From an uncultured bacterium (GTDB lineage Bacteria; Krumholzibacteriota; Krumholzibacteriia; Krumholzibacteriales; Krumholzibacteriaceae), in assembly GCA_963786935.1 (NCBI GenBank), contig CAWBAN010000002.1:449849-513848 (forward strand): a stretch of DNA of 64,000 nucleotides, read 5' to 3'. A program made the translations under genes and the position numbers. Below the pieces are notes generated by a model that saw nothing but the letters and a program-made list of their open reading frames with translations, was not told the origin of the DNA and did not search any database. The stretch's first letter is position 1, and each line of letters starts with the position of its first letter. Of this stretch, positions 29,546 to 38,407 are shown piece after piece.

Positions 29546-30364
29546 TCAGGCGAGCACCTTCCAGAGCTTCATGCCGCTCGCGCCGAAAAGGTTCGGCGTC
29601 TGCGGGTACTGCTGCGACGGGAGCATCGTCCGGATCGTGTCGTACCACTGCCGGTAGGTGGCGCCTGCGGGCAGCGATTGAAGCTTCTGCAAGGCGACGA
29701 AGCTGAAAGCGCCGTTCGGCCGCCCGTTGAAATAGGCGTCGTAGCTGTACTCGGTGTCCTGACATCCCGCGAGAAGGAGAGCGGCGTAACGTCCCGGCGG
29801 GCTCGACGGGCGCATGGCCCGCTTCGCGCCGAGCTTCCCGGCGGCCCGCTTCGAGAGAAACACGCCGGGGGGCAGGAAGCGCACCTTCCGCTGCGGGGGG
29901 TGCGCCGATCTCGTGGTCGGCGGGGTGGTGATCGGGACGAACCGGGCCACCGTTCCCGAGTGGCACGAATCCGAGATCATCACGATCCGTACGCCCTCGT
30001 TCCGCGCGCTGAAAAGAGTGAAGAACTCGTCATCCGTGATGGGCCCTTTGGTCCCGATGTCGTGCGGGCAGATGCACTCGTCGGTGCCGTCGGGCTCGTC
30101 GCCGTCGAGATCCGGCACGAACGAGCCGTGCCCCGAATAGGTGAACACGAGAATATCGCCCTTCTTCGCCGTCGAGACCGTGGTCTCGATCGTCGCGCGA
30201 ATCGCCTCGCCGGTCGCCTGCTTGTCGAGCATCTTCCGCACCTGGAATCCGCGGCGGGAGAGGGCCGCGGCCCAGTCGTTCGCGTCGTTCACGCATCCGG
30301 CGAGATCGCTCCCCGTGCCGGGATAGTCGTTGATCCCGATGCACAGCGCATACTTTCCGCTCAT
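29546..30364 (-). CDS. Metacaspase (peptidase C14)
   Basis: ALCIGINDY, LAGCVNDA, YSGHG, SDSCHSG (His-Cys dyad), GAFS, QTPNL. Upstream TTGACG-17-TATGCT promoter (30391-30419) and GAGGAGG SD. Confidence 0.92.
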   Translation of the reverse strand: MSGKYALCIGINDYPGTGSDLAGCVNDANDWAAALSRRGFQVRKMLDKQATGEAIRATIETTVSTAKKGDILVFTYSGHGSFVPDLDGDEPDGTDECICPHDIGTKGPITDDEFFTLFSARNEGVRIVMISDSCHSGTVARFVPITTPPTTRSAHPPQRKVRFLPPGVFLSKRAAGKLGAKRAMRPSSPPGRYAALLLAGCQDTEYSYDAYFNGRPNGAFSFVALQKLQSLPAGATYRQWYDTIRTMLPSQQYPQTPNLFGASGMKLWKVLA

Positions 30365-30458
30365 GGCAGAACCTCCTCAGTTCAGCAGGGAGCATAGGGC
30401 GGAATCGCCTGATCGTCAACGGCAACAACGGAATAGTAGGCTCTCCCCGGAACTGCCA

Positions 30459-30488
30459 TTGACTCCGGCCTCGGAGCTGGAGTATGAT
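30459..30488 (+). promoter_or_regulatory. Sigma70-type promoter
   Basis: TTGACT-18 bp-TATGAT upstream of 30584. Confidence 0.55.
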
Positions 30489-30583
30489 TGCCGTGAAGCA
30501 GACCAATTCACTTCAATCGAATAGCGTGGCCGTCGCTCGCCGCCCGTCAAGGGCGTCGATCCATCAAGAAAGGTGGCGTCATC

Positions 30584-32015
30584 ATGAAGAAGGTATCGGC
30601 CTGTCTCCTTGCGCTCTCTCTTGTCGCGTTCATATGTTCGGGCTGCGGCGACATCGGCGGTCCCGCGGCTGATAGTGAGCTCTTCTCGCTGAGAACGTCT
30701 CGGGCGGCGGGCGCCGCAGCTCCCCCGTCGCGCGCTCATGCCGTGAATCTCATCGCCGGGCGCACGTTGGATATCGGTGCGGTGCGGTGCTGGATCAAAG
30801 GGGATTCGCTGCACGTGCTCTGCTCCGCCGAGGGCGGATGGCTGCTCGGGCAGTCGCAGCTTGCCGTCGGCGCTGTCGCGCGCGGACTTTCCGCTGACGA
30901 AGAAAGGGAATCCGAAGGTCGGGAAGTTCCCCTTCAAGAAGAGCTTCGATCCGCCGGTCGCCGAGGCGCATTACTCGATTGATCTGGAGGAATGCGGCCT
31001 GCACGACGCCGGCACGCTCGTTATCGCGGCGCACGCGGAGGCCGTGCTTCCGTCGGGAAGCGGCGGCATCGAGCGGGAAGAGGGCGCGTGGGCGGAAGGA
31101 GAGCGGTTTGTTCACCGGCGGACGGCGGTGAGAGAACATACTCGAAAGACCGTCGGACACGAAGGGCGGGAACATCGCGATCCTCGATGAGGATCTCGAG
31201 GCCGGCGGCAACTGGGCGATGTATCTCGACGGTCGACGCGAGCGCGGATAAAGGTGAACGAGCTCGTGATCAACGAGGTATTCTTTGCCGGATCGTGCGC
31301 CTCGAGCTTCTATTTCTACGACCAATTCGTCGAGCTCTACAATCCCTCGTCCGACACGCTGTACCTCGACAACATCATCGTGACGAGGCAATCGCAGATC
31401 ATAGGATCCCGATATGGAGAATGAAGGACTACGTGTCGGCGATCTACGCGTATCCAGCTCAACGGGACGCCGGGGAAGGACAGTACCCGATCGCTCCCGG
31501 ACAGCACGCGGTCATCGCCGCGGATGCCGTCAATCACAAGCAGTGGTGCGTGAACTCCCCCGATCTGTCGCTCGCGAATCCTGATCTGTCGCACGCGCCC
31601 GGCGAGCCGTACAGGCTCTTCGAGACCTTCAACGCGCTCGGCAGCGATTACGACACGCCCGGCGTGCCCAATTTCGAAAATATCATGCCGGGGAAAACGA
31701 TCGGATTTCCTGATCAACCTGAGCCATAACGCGCGTCGTCATCGCCGACGGAGGGAATATATCCGATCGACGAGGACAACTATATGCGCATCCCGATCGA
31801 AAAGGTCATCGACGGCGTCGAGTACGCCTCGAATCCGTACGTCACGAGCAAGCAGATGACGGTGCGCATCGACGCGGGATTCGCCGGCATCGGAATCATG
31901 AAGTACGGCGGCCAATCGACGGAGCGGGCGACGGCGGGGCTCGATACCGACAACTCGACGATTCGACTTCGTCGTCATCCCGCACCCGACGCCGGGATAT
32001 CAGCACGCGGAATAG
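30584..32015 (+). pseudogene. Multiply frameshifted lipoprotein with C-terminal lamin-tail / DUF4876-like domain
   Basis: Lipobox-like SGC. Fragments across frames: LIAGRTLDIG, GNPKVGKFPF, IAAHAEA, EGAWAEG, GNWAMY, ELVINEVFFAG, YDQFVELYNPS.DTLYLD, YPIAPG..AVIAADAVNH, IDGVEY, DTDNST, PTPGYQHAE*. Confidence 0.65.
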
Positions 32016-32016
32016 C
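31990..32016 (+). repeat. Imperfect 27-bp direct repeat, copy 1
   Basis: CGCCGGGATATCAGCACGCGGAATAGC; 23/27 identical to 35215-35241, with an exact 14-bp 3' core. Confidence 0.6.
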
Positions 32017-32023
32017 GGGGCGT

Positions 32024-34549
32024 ATGCGCGGAAGCGTGCCGGATTTCTGGAGTATTCAGGCGGCCGATCTCCTCGAGCGGTTGCGGACGACGCCCGGCGG
32101 GCTCGCCGCCGCCGAAGCCGGGGAGCGTCTCGCGCGGTACGGCGCCAACGTCCTCAAGCCGCGCCGAGACGCGGGGACTCTCGCGCTCTTCCTTGCCCAA
32201 TTCAAGAGCCCGCTCATCCTGATCCTCATCTTCGCCGCGGTGCTGGCGCTGTTTCTGGCTGAAACAACGAACGCGGCCATCATACTCGTCATCGTGCTTC
32301 TGAGCGGCACTCTCGGATTCTGGCAGGAGCGCGGCGCGGCGAACGCCGTGAGGAAGCTCCTCGCCATCGTCCAGATGAAGGCCTCGGTGATGCGCGACGG
32401 AAGCGCGGTGTCGATCCCGAGCGACGAGGTCGTGCCGGGGGATGTCGTCATTCTCGAAGCGGGCGATAATGTGCCGGGGGACAGCCTCATTCTCGAGTCG
32501 CGCGACCTCTTTGTCGACGAGGCGACGCTCACGGGGGAGACGTTCCCCGCCGAGAAGATAGGCGGCGTCCTCGCGGCCGATACCGCGCTCGCCCGGCGGA
32601 CCAACTCGCTCTGGAAAGGCACGCACGTCGTGAGCGGCACGGCGAAGGCGGTCGTCGTCGCGACGGGGAGAGACACCGAGTTCGGCGCGATCTACGACCG
32701 GCTCAAGCTGAGGCCTCCCGAGGCGGAGTTCGAGCGGGGGGTGCGGCGGTTCGGCTATTTTCTCATGGAGCTCACGCTTCTACTCGTGATCGCCATATTC
32801 GCGGTCAACGTGTACCTCAAGCGGCCCGTGCTCGACTCGTTCCTCTTTTCCCTCGCCCTCGCCGTCGGGCTCACCCCGCAGCTCCTGCCCGCGATCATCA
32901 GCATCAACCTTTCCCACGGCGCCCGGCGCATGGCGGCGAGCAAGGTGATCGTGCGCCGGCTCGCCTCGATCGAGAACTTCGGCAGCATGAACGTGCTCTG
33001 TTCGGACAAGACGGGGACCTTGACCGAGGGGATCGTGCACGTCCATTCCGCGATCGACGCCGACGGGAACGAGAGCGAGAAGGCGCTCTTTCACGCGTAT
33101 CTCAACGCCTCGTTCGAAACTGGTTACGTCAATCCCGTCGACGAGGCGATCCGCGGGCATCGCGCGTTCGACCTCGCCGGCTGGCGCAAGCTCGACGAGA
33201 TACCGTACGACTTCATCCGCAAGCGGCTCAGCATCGCGGCGGAACGAGACGGACGGCGGCTCATCGTCACCAAGGGGGCGCTCGCGGGGATTCTCGACGT
33301 CTGTTCGCTCGCCGAGACGGCGGGCGCCGGCGTTGTCGAGATGGCCGCGGCGCGTCCCGGGATCGAGCGCCGGTTCCGCGAGCTGAGCGATCGAGGCTTC
33401 CGCGTGCTCGGCGTCGCGCACAAGGACGCGGGCCCGGCGACGCGCATCGAGAAGAGCGACGAAAGCGATATGACATTTTCGGGGTTGCTCGCGCTCTTCG
33501 ACAATCCGAAGGAGGGCATCGCGGAGACCGTCTCGAAGCTGGACGGGCTCGGCGTCTCGCTCAAGATCGTCACGGGCGACAACCGGCTCGTGGCCGTCAA
33601 CGTGAGCAGGCAGCTCGGCGTCGCGGATCCGGTCATGCTCACGGGTCAGGCCCTTCGTGACATGAGCGACGGGGCGCTCGTGAGCCTCGCGAGCGACGTC
33701 GACGTCTTCGCCGAGGTCGAGCCGAATCAAAAGGAGCGCATCATCACCGCCCTCAAGAAGGCGGGGAACGTCGTCGGCTTCCTCGGGGACGGGATCAACG
33801 ACGCCTCCGCGCTGCGCGCCGCCGACGTCGGCATATCGGTCGAGAGCGCCGTCGACGTCGCCAAGGAGGCGGCGGACGTCGTGCTCCTCGAGAAGGACCT
33901 CCGCGTGCTGCTCCGCGGGGTGCGGGAGGGGCGCGCGACCTTCGCCAATACGCTCAAGTACGTATTCATGGCGACGAGCGCGAACTTCGGCAACATGTTC
34001 TCCATGGCGGGAGCGTCCCTCATGCTGCCGTTTCTCCCGCTGCTGCCGAAGCAGATCCTCCTCGTGAACCTCATGACCGATTTTCCCGAGATGACGATCG
34101 CGACGGACGCCGTCGATCGCGAGTTCGTCGACCGGCCGCACCGCTGGAATCTGAAATTCATCCGGAGGTTCATGCTGACCTTCGGCCTCATCAGCTCGAT
34201 ATTCGACTACGCCGCGTTCGGTCTGCTCCTGTACGTATTCCACGCTTCGGCCGAGCAATTCAGAACGGGTTGGTTCATCGAGTCGGTCGTCTCGGCGACT
34301 CTGATCGTGCTCGTCATCCGGACGCGGAGGCCGTTCTTCGAGAGCAGGCCGGGCACGCATCTCGCGATCGCGACGCTCCTCGTCGTCGCGGCGACGCTCG
34401 CGCTGCCGTTCACGCCGCTCGCTGGGTTGTTCGGCTTCGCGCCCCTTTCCGTTTCATGGATTGTTCCGCTCGTCGGCGTCGTGGCGCTCTACGTCGTCAC
34501 CGCGGAAATCGCGAAAAGGATATTCTATGCACATTCCGCGCGCTGGTGA
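32024..34549 (+). CDS. mgtA: Magnesium-translocating P-type ATPase
   Basis: AVGLTPQLLP, CSDKTGTLT, PYDFIRKRLS, TGDN, GDGINDA, SANFGNMFS, TGWFIES. The true start is 32024; the ORF-track extension from 31784 belongs to the upstream broken gene. Confidence 0.92.
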   Translation: MRGSVPDFWSIQAADLLERLRTTPGGLAAAEAGERLARYGANVLKPRRDAGTLALFLAQFKSPLILILIFAAVLALFLAETTNAAIILVIVLLSGTLGFWQERGAANAVRKLLAIVQMKASVMRDGSAVSIPSDEVVPGDVVILEAGDNVPGDSLILESRDLFVDEATLTGETFPAEKIGGVLAADTALARRTNSLWKGTHVVSGTAKAVVVATGRDTEFGAIYDRLKLRPPEAEFERGVRRFGYFLMELTLLLVIAIFAVNVYLKRPVLDSFLFSLALAVGLTPQLLPAIISINLSHGARRMAASKVIVRRLASIENFGSMNVLCSDKTGTLTEGIVHVHSAIDADGNESEKALFHAYLNASFETGYVNPVDEAIRGHRAFDLAGWRKLDEIPYDFIRKRLSIAAERDGRRLIVTKGALAGILDVCSLAETAGAGVVEMAAARPGIERRFRELSDRGFRVLGVAHKDAGPATRIEKSDESDMTFSGLLALFDNPKEGIAETVSKLDGLGVSLKIVTGDNRLVAVNVSRQLGVADPVMLTGQALRDMSDGALVSLASDVDVFAEVEPNQKERIITALKKAGNVVGFLGDGINDASALRAADVGISVESAVDVAKEAADVVLLEKDLRVLLRGVREGRATFANTLKYVFMATSANFGNMFSMAGASLMLPFLPLLPKQILLVNLMTDFPEMTIATDAVDREFVDRPHRWNLKFIRRFMLTFGLISSIFDYAAFGLLLYVFHASAEQFRTGWFIESVVSATLIVLVIRTRRPFFESRPGTHLAIATLLVVAATLALPFTPLAGLFGFAPLSVSWIVPLVGVVALYVVTAEIAKRIFYAHSARW

Positions 34550-35171
34550 GATACCGGGGTTCATCCAGCATCTCTCGTACACCGGCATCTTCCTGTGGTT
34601 TCTTCTCACGCAGCTCATCATCGTTATGCCGATTCCGGAGGAGGTCGTGCTCATCTCGATCGGCTACGTTTCGGCGACCGGCGTTTGGAATCCGTTCGTC
34701 GCCGCGGCGATCGCGTTTGCGACGCTCGTTCTCTCCGACGGCATCTTCTATTTTCTCTCGAGATCGGGGAACCGGTACGTCGCTCGCCTCGTGAGGCGCT
34801 CGGAGGGGGGCGCGTTCGCGAAGGCCGAGACGCAGATGAAGCGCAATATGCCCCGCGCGGTGTTCACGCTCACCTTCATCCCGCGGCTTCGATTCTTCGG
34901 CCCCGTTCTCGCCGGCGTTCTCAAGCTGAAATGGCCCGCCTTCTTCCTCGCCGACGCGTCGGCCCTCGTCATTCACGTGTCCTTCTATACCTTTCTCGGG
35001 TTCTTTTTCCACCGGAGCATTGCCGGCCTGTTCAAGAACGTGGCGCTCCTGCAGCATGTTCTCTTTATCGCCGGGATCGTTGTCGCGGGCGCGATCATCG
35101 GCGTCGTGGCGCGCAAGAGGTGGATATCCGGGAGGAAATCAGCGGGAGGGAACGAAAAGGGGAACCCCTGA
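34527..35171 (+). CDS. DedA-family membrane protein
   Basis: PIPEEVVL..IGY, D.IFY..R, FIPRLR..P..AG; overlaps the mgtA stop. Confidence 0.8.
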   Translation: MHIPRAGEIPGFIQHLSYTGIFLWFLLTQLIIVMPIPEEVVLISIGYVSATGVWNPFVAAAIAFATLVLSDGIFYFLSRSGNRYVARLVRRSEGGAFAKAETQMKRNMPRAVFTLTFIPRLRFFGPVLAGVLKLKWPAFFLADASALVIHVSFYTFLGFFFHRSIAGLFKNVALLQHVLFIAGIVVAGAIIGVVARKRWISGRKSAGGNEKGNP

Positions 35172-35214
35172 CGCGCGCCTCGAGATTCCGGGGGCGCTCG
35201 GTGCCGGCGGGATG

Positions 35215-35241
35215 CGCCGGCATGCCGGCACGCGGAATAGC
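35215..35241 (+). repeat. Imperfect 27-bp direct repeat, copy 2
   Basis: CGCCGGCATGCCGGCACGCGGAATAGC. Confidence 0.6.
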
Positions 35242-35258
35242 CGGAACTCCGGCGCCGT

Positions 35259-36047
35259 TCATTCGTTCGGATGGTTCAGATCCCGGTCGAGATCGATCAG
35301 GCTCTGCTGGCTCGCCGTGATCGTCCCGCGAACCGGTTGGTCGAGGTCCATGATCAGCCACATCACTGCCGCAATCAGGACCGCAAAGAGGATCGGCAGG
35401 GTTCGCACACGCTGTTTGCCCGCCCCAAAATAGAATCCCGCGAGAAACATCGCGATGGTGGAGCTGATGAAGAGCACCGGATAGATAGAGCCGGGGACCC
35501 GGTTTCTGAAAGCGGCCAGCCGTTCCGTGTGAATATCGATCATCTCGTTCAGCGATACCAGGAACACCGCGACGACGGGCGTGGGATTTCCCCTGGCCAG
35601 CGCGGTCGCGCGCGACCATATGGCGCCATGCAGCTCCTTGGTGCGGGCGTCCAATTCCCGGAGCTTTTCGAGACCGCCGCTTCTGGCGCCGGCGAGTTCC
35701 ACTCGAAACGCCGCATATTGACGCAGCAGCTCCAGAATCTCGGAGCCTTGAGGCTCCGGCAGGGTCTGTGCCCTGAGATAGGTGGTTCCTATGGCATTGG
35801 CTTCTTCGATCACCAGCTGCCGCCGAGTTTCATAGCGGTCCGACGACATCATATAGGTGAACCCGAGCATGAGGGAGAGGAGCGTCAGCACCGCGCCCAG
35901 AATGAGGGCGATGTCGCCTTTTTCGGCGCTCTCTTCGCGCAGCCGCTTTCTTCTTCCCAATCGAAAGCCGACTATTTCCGCCACCAGCAACAGGGCGATG
36001 AAAATCAATGTGGCCAGCAATGGATACGATGCAATCGTTCCTGACAT
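35259..36047 (-). CDS. DUF4239-like membrane protein
   Basis: LLSLMLGFT, R+E.RRQLVIEEANAIGTTYLRA, LNEMID, IMDLDQP.RG.I. Confidence 0.75.
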   Translation of the reverse strand: MSGTIASYPLLATLIFIALLLVAEIVGFRLGRRKRLREESAEKGDIALILGAVLTLLSLMLGFTYMMSSDRYETRRQLVIEEANAIGTTYLRAQTLPEPQGSEILELLRQYAAFRVELAGARSGGLEKLRELDARTKELHGAIWSRATALARGNPTPVVAVFLVSLNEMIDIHTERLAAFRNRVPGSIYPVLFISSTIAMFLAGFYFGAGKQRVRTLPILFAVLIAAVMWLIMDLDQPVRGTITASQQSLIDLDRDLNHPNE

Positions 36048-36213
36048 TGAAGTCTCCTTCAGCCGTCACGCCATGAGCCGATTCGCCGCCCGCGGCGGAT
36101 CGAATTGAGCAGCCCGCCGCTCATGGTAATTTCAACGCGCATGCCGGTCAAGGCCGAAACCGGGCCGATTGAGGAACGCCGATCGAGGAACTTTGCGTGC
36201 CGGAATGTTAGGT

Positions 36214-36254
36214 GTTGCCGATTCGGAGCGGATTGTGGTAGCATGCCGAATATG
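36214..36254 (+). promoter_or_regulatory. Promoter module A (TTGCCG-18-TAGCAT with extended-10 TG, then 7 nt, then ATG), probably leaderless
   Basis: 32/41 identical to 50245-50285; no SD. Confidence 0.6.
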
Positions 36255-37415
36255 AAATCTCGAATCGCCACATGCCTCCTCGTCGCGTCGGCGCTCGCCG
36301 TTGCGACCCTGGCCGCGACCGCCGGTGCGGCGCGCGCGGAATCGCACCATCCCGTGAACCTCACGATCTTTTACCCGCTCGGCACGAACCAGGATCCCGC
36401 GGTCTCCACGAACTTCCGGCTGAGCCTTATATATGGCCGCGTGGGATCCCTCAGCGGGATCGATCTCGGCGGTCTCGTGGCGCGGGTGGACGGGGATCTG
36501 AGCGGTCTCCAATTCGCCGGGCTGCATTCCAGAGTCGCCGGCGACTTCGCCGGCGCGACCATATCGGCAGGCGTCAACTACGTGCGCGGGGACGCGCGCG
36601 GCCTCCAGGCGGGATTCGTCAACTACGATCGCGGCCTCTTCGCCGGCCTGCAGTACGGCTACCTCTTCAACTTCGTCGAGGGCAGCGTCGAGGGCGTCCA
36701 GATTTCCAGCGTTTTCAGCCTCGTCAACGGCGACGCGCGCTTCGTGCAGATCTCCGGCGCGGCGTGCGCCGTCGGCGGCTCGTTCCGCGGCGTCCAGATC
36801 GCTGCGGCGGTCAATCACGTGAACAGCCGCATGACGGGAGTGCAGATCGCGGGCGCGAACATGGCCGCGGACGCGGTGGGCGCGCAGGCGGGCTTCTTGA
36901 ACGTCGCCGGCACCATGAAAGGCGTGCAGATCGGCATGGTCAACCTGTCGCGGGAGCTCGACGGCGTGCCCGTCGGGATGGTGAACGTGACGGGCGGGGC
37001 GGAGGTCGACTGGGTCACCTGGGGCTCCAACCTCGTCGGTGTGGCGAGCGGCGTGCGCACGATCGTCAACGACTGGTACTCGATTCTCTCGATCGGCGCC
37101 GCCGATATGCTCGAAGACGTCAATGAAACGGCCTTCATCGGGTGGCATTACGGCCGCCGCCTGAAGCTGTCGGGCAGCTGGTCGCTCGGCGCGGATCTGG
37201 GGTATCTGCACATCATCCCGCCGAAGAACAGCGATCAGGCGATAAACGAGCGGGAGCATCCCGCGTTCCAGGGACGCTTTCTCGTGGAGTGGCGGTACGG
37301 CAGGACGTTCTCCGCTTTCGCGGGAGGCGGGGCGAGCGGGGTCTGGGACGCTTACGACAAGAACGCGGACGTCAGCGCGGAGCCACTCTACTTCGCGGGC
37401 GTGTCGCTGTACTGA
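36252..37415 (+). CDS. Surface/outer membrane protein with G-x-Q-I-x-G repeats (LA_2272-like)
   Basis: Signal peptide; tandem repeats GLQFAG, GLQAG, GVQIS, GVQIA, GVQIG; barrel-like C-terminus ending VSLY. Confidence 0.7.
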   Translation: MKSRIATCLLVASALAVATLAATAGAARAESHHPVNLTIFYPLGTNQDPAVSTNFRLSLIYGRVGSLSGIDLGGLVARVDGDLSGLQFAGLHSRVAGDFAGATISAGVNYVRGDARGLQAGFVNYDRGLFAGLQYGYLFNFVEGSVEGVQISSVFSLVNGDARFVQISGAACAVGGSFRGVQIAAAVNHVNSRMTGVQIAGANMAADAVGAQAGFLNVAGTMKGVQIGMVNLSRELDGVPVGMVNVTGGAEVDWVTWGSNLVGVASGVRTIVNDWYSILSIGAADMLEDVNETAFIGWHYGRRLKLSGSWSLGADLGYLHIIPPKNSDQAINEREHPAFQGRFLVEWRYGRTFSAFAGGGASGVWDAYDKNADVSAEPLYFAGVSLY

Positions 37416-37488
37416 GAACGACGATCCGCCGCGCGCGCATCTTCGCGCCGGAAAATCTTCTTCCCGAACATCCCCCTCAATAAACCTT

Positions 37489-38346
37489 TCAGGCGGCAGC
37501 TTTCTTCTTGCTCCATACAGCCCAGAAGAGAGCAAGGAGCATGTTCGGCGGAACCATCAGGGCGCTGAACGCCACCAGCGGCGTTTGCACCGCCGGGTCG
37601 GGAAAGGTCTTCAGGGCGATGAGGAGGCACAGAGCGACGTTGCGCATGCTGGTCACCGTCGCGAGGACGGGGCGAGCTTCTTTCGGCCGTCCCGCCATGA
37701 GCCATCCCGCGACCATGGTGAGAACGATGAAGAGGAGCATGTAGAGAAGCGCCTCTTTTCCGATCGCGTTCATGGCTTCCTTCCGGTCGCCCTTGAGGAG
37801 CAGCATCACGGCGATGAAGAGAACGACGCTCACGATCCCGAACAGCTTCGACAGCTTCTCGGCCTGACGCTCCATCCGGCCGCCCACGAGCATTCCCGCG
37901 ACCAGAGGGAGAAGGAGGAATACGACGATGAAGATCAGGGCGCGGCCGTAAGGGACCACGATTGAGGTGTCCCCGGGGAGGACAAGCGTCAAGAGGAGAG
38001 GGGAAAGGAACACGGCGAGGAGAGACAGGAGGAACGCGGAGCTTCCCGCGAAGAATTTCTCCCCCTTCACCTTTGTGGTGAATTGAAGCGCGCTGAGTCC
38101 TCCGGGCGTGCAGGCGAGGATCAGAAGAGCGGTCGCCGCCTCCGGTTTCAACGGCAGGACCTTGACGAGCACGATCCCGATGATCGGGACGACGACGAAG
38201 TTCGCGATGAGAGACCGGAAGAGAAGCCCCCTCGAGGCCAGCAGGGATCGCAGGTCTTTCATCGTGGCCGTCATGCCCACGCTGAGCATCGACGTGATCA
38301 GGAACGCGAACATCAGCGTTCTCGAGAGCGCATCCATGAGAAACAC
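37489..38346 (-). CDS. Bile acid:sodium symporter family protein
   Basis: SMLSVG, LIANFVVVP, LACTPGG, MRNVAL; many TM helices. Confidence 0.85.
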   Translation of the reverse strand: MFLMDALSRTLMFAFLITSMLSVGMTATMKDLRSLLASRGLLFRSLIANFVVVPIIGIVLVKVLPLKPEAATALLILACTPGGLSALQFTTKVKGEKFFAGSSAFLLSLLAVFLSPLLLTLVLPGDTSIVVPYGRALIFIVVFLLLPLVAGMLVGGRMERQAEKLSKLFGIVSVVLFIAVMLLLKGDRKEAMNAIGKEALLYMLLFIVLTMVAGWLMAGRPKEARPVLATVTSMRNVALCLLIALKTFPDPAVQTPLVAFSALMVPPNMLLALFWAVWSKKKAAA

Positions 38347-38407
38347 GATAATCCTCCTTCTTCCGCGCTCGAAGGCGATCGGTGCGCCGCCGCGGCGGCC
38401 GTCGGCG

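Noticed and set aside
30870..31970. Programmed frameshifting or phase variation
   Set aside because: Shifts are numerous, not at homopolymers or slippery sites, and cluster like consensus errors.
31784..32023. N-terminal extension of MgtA
   Set aside because: The peptide (IDGVEY, DTDNST) belongs to the upstream frameshifted lipoprotein gene.
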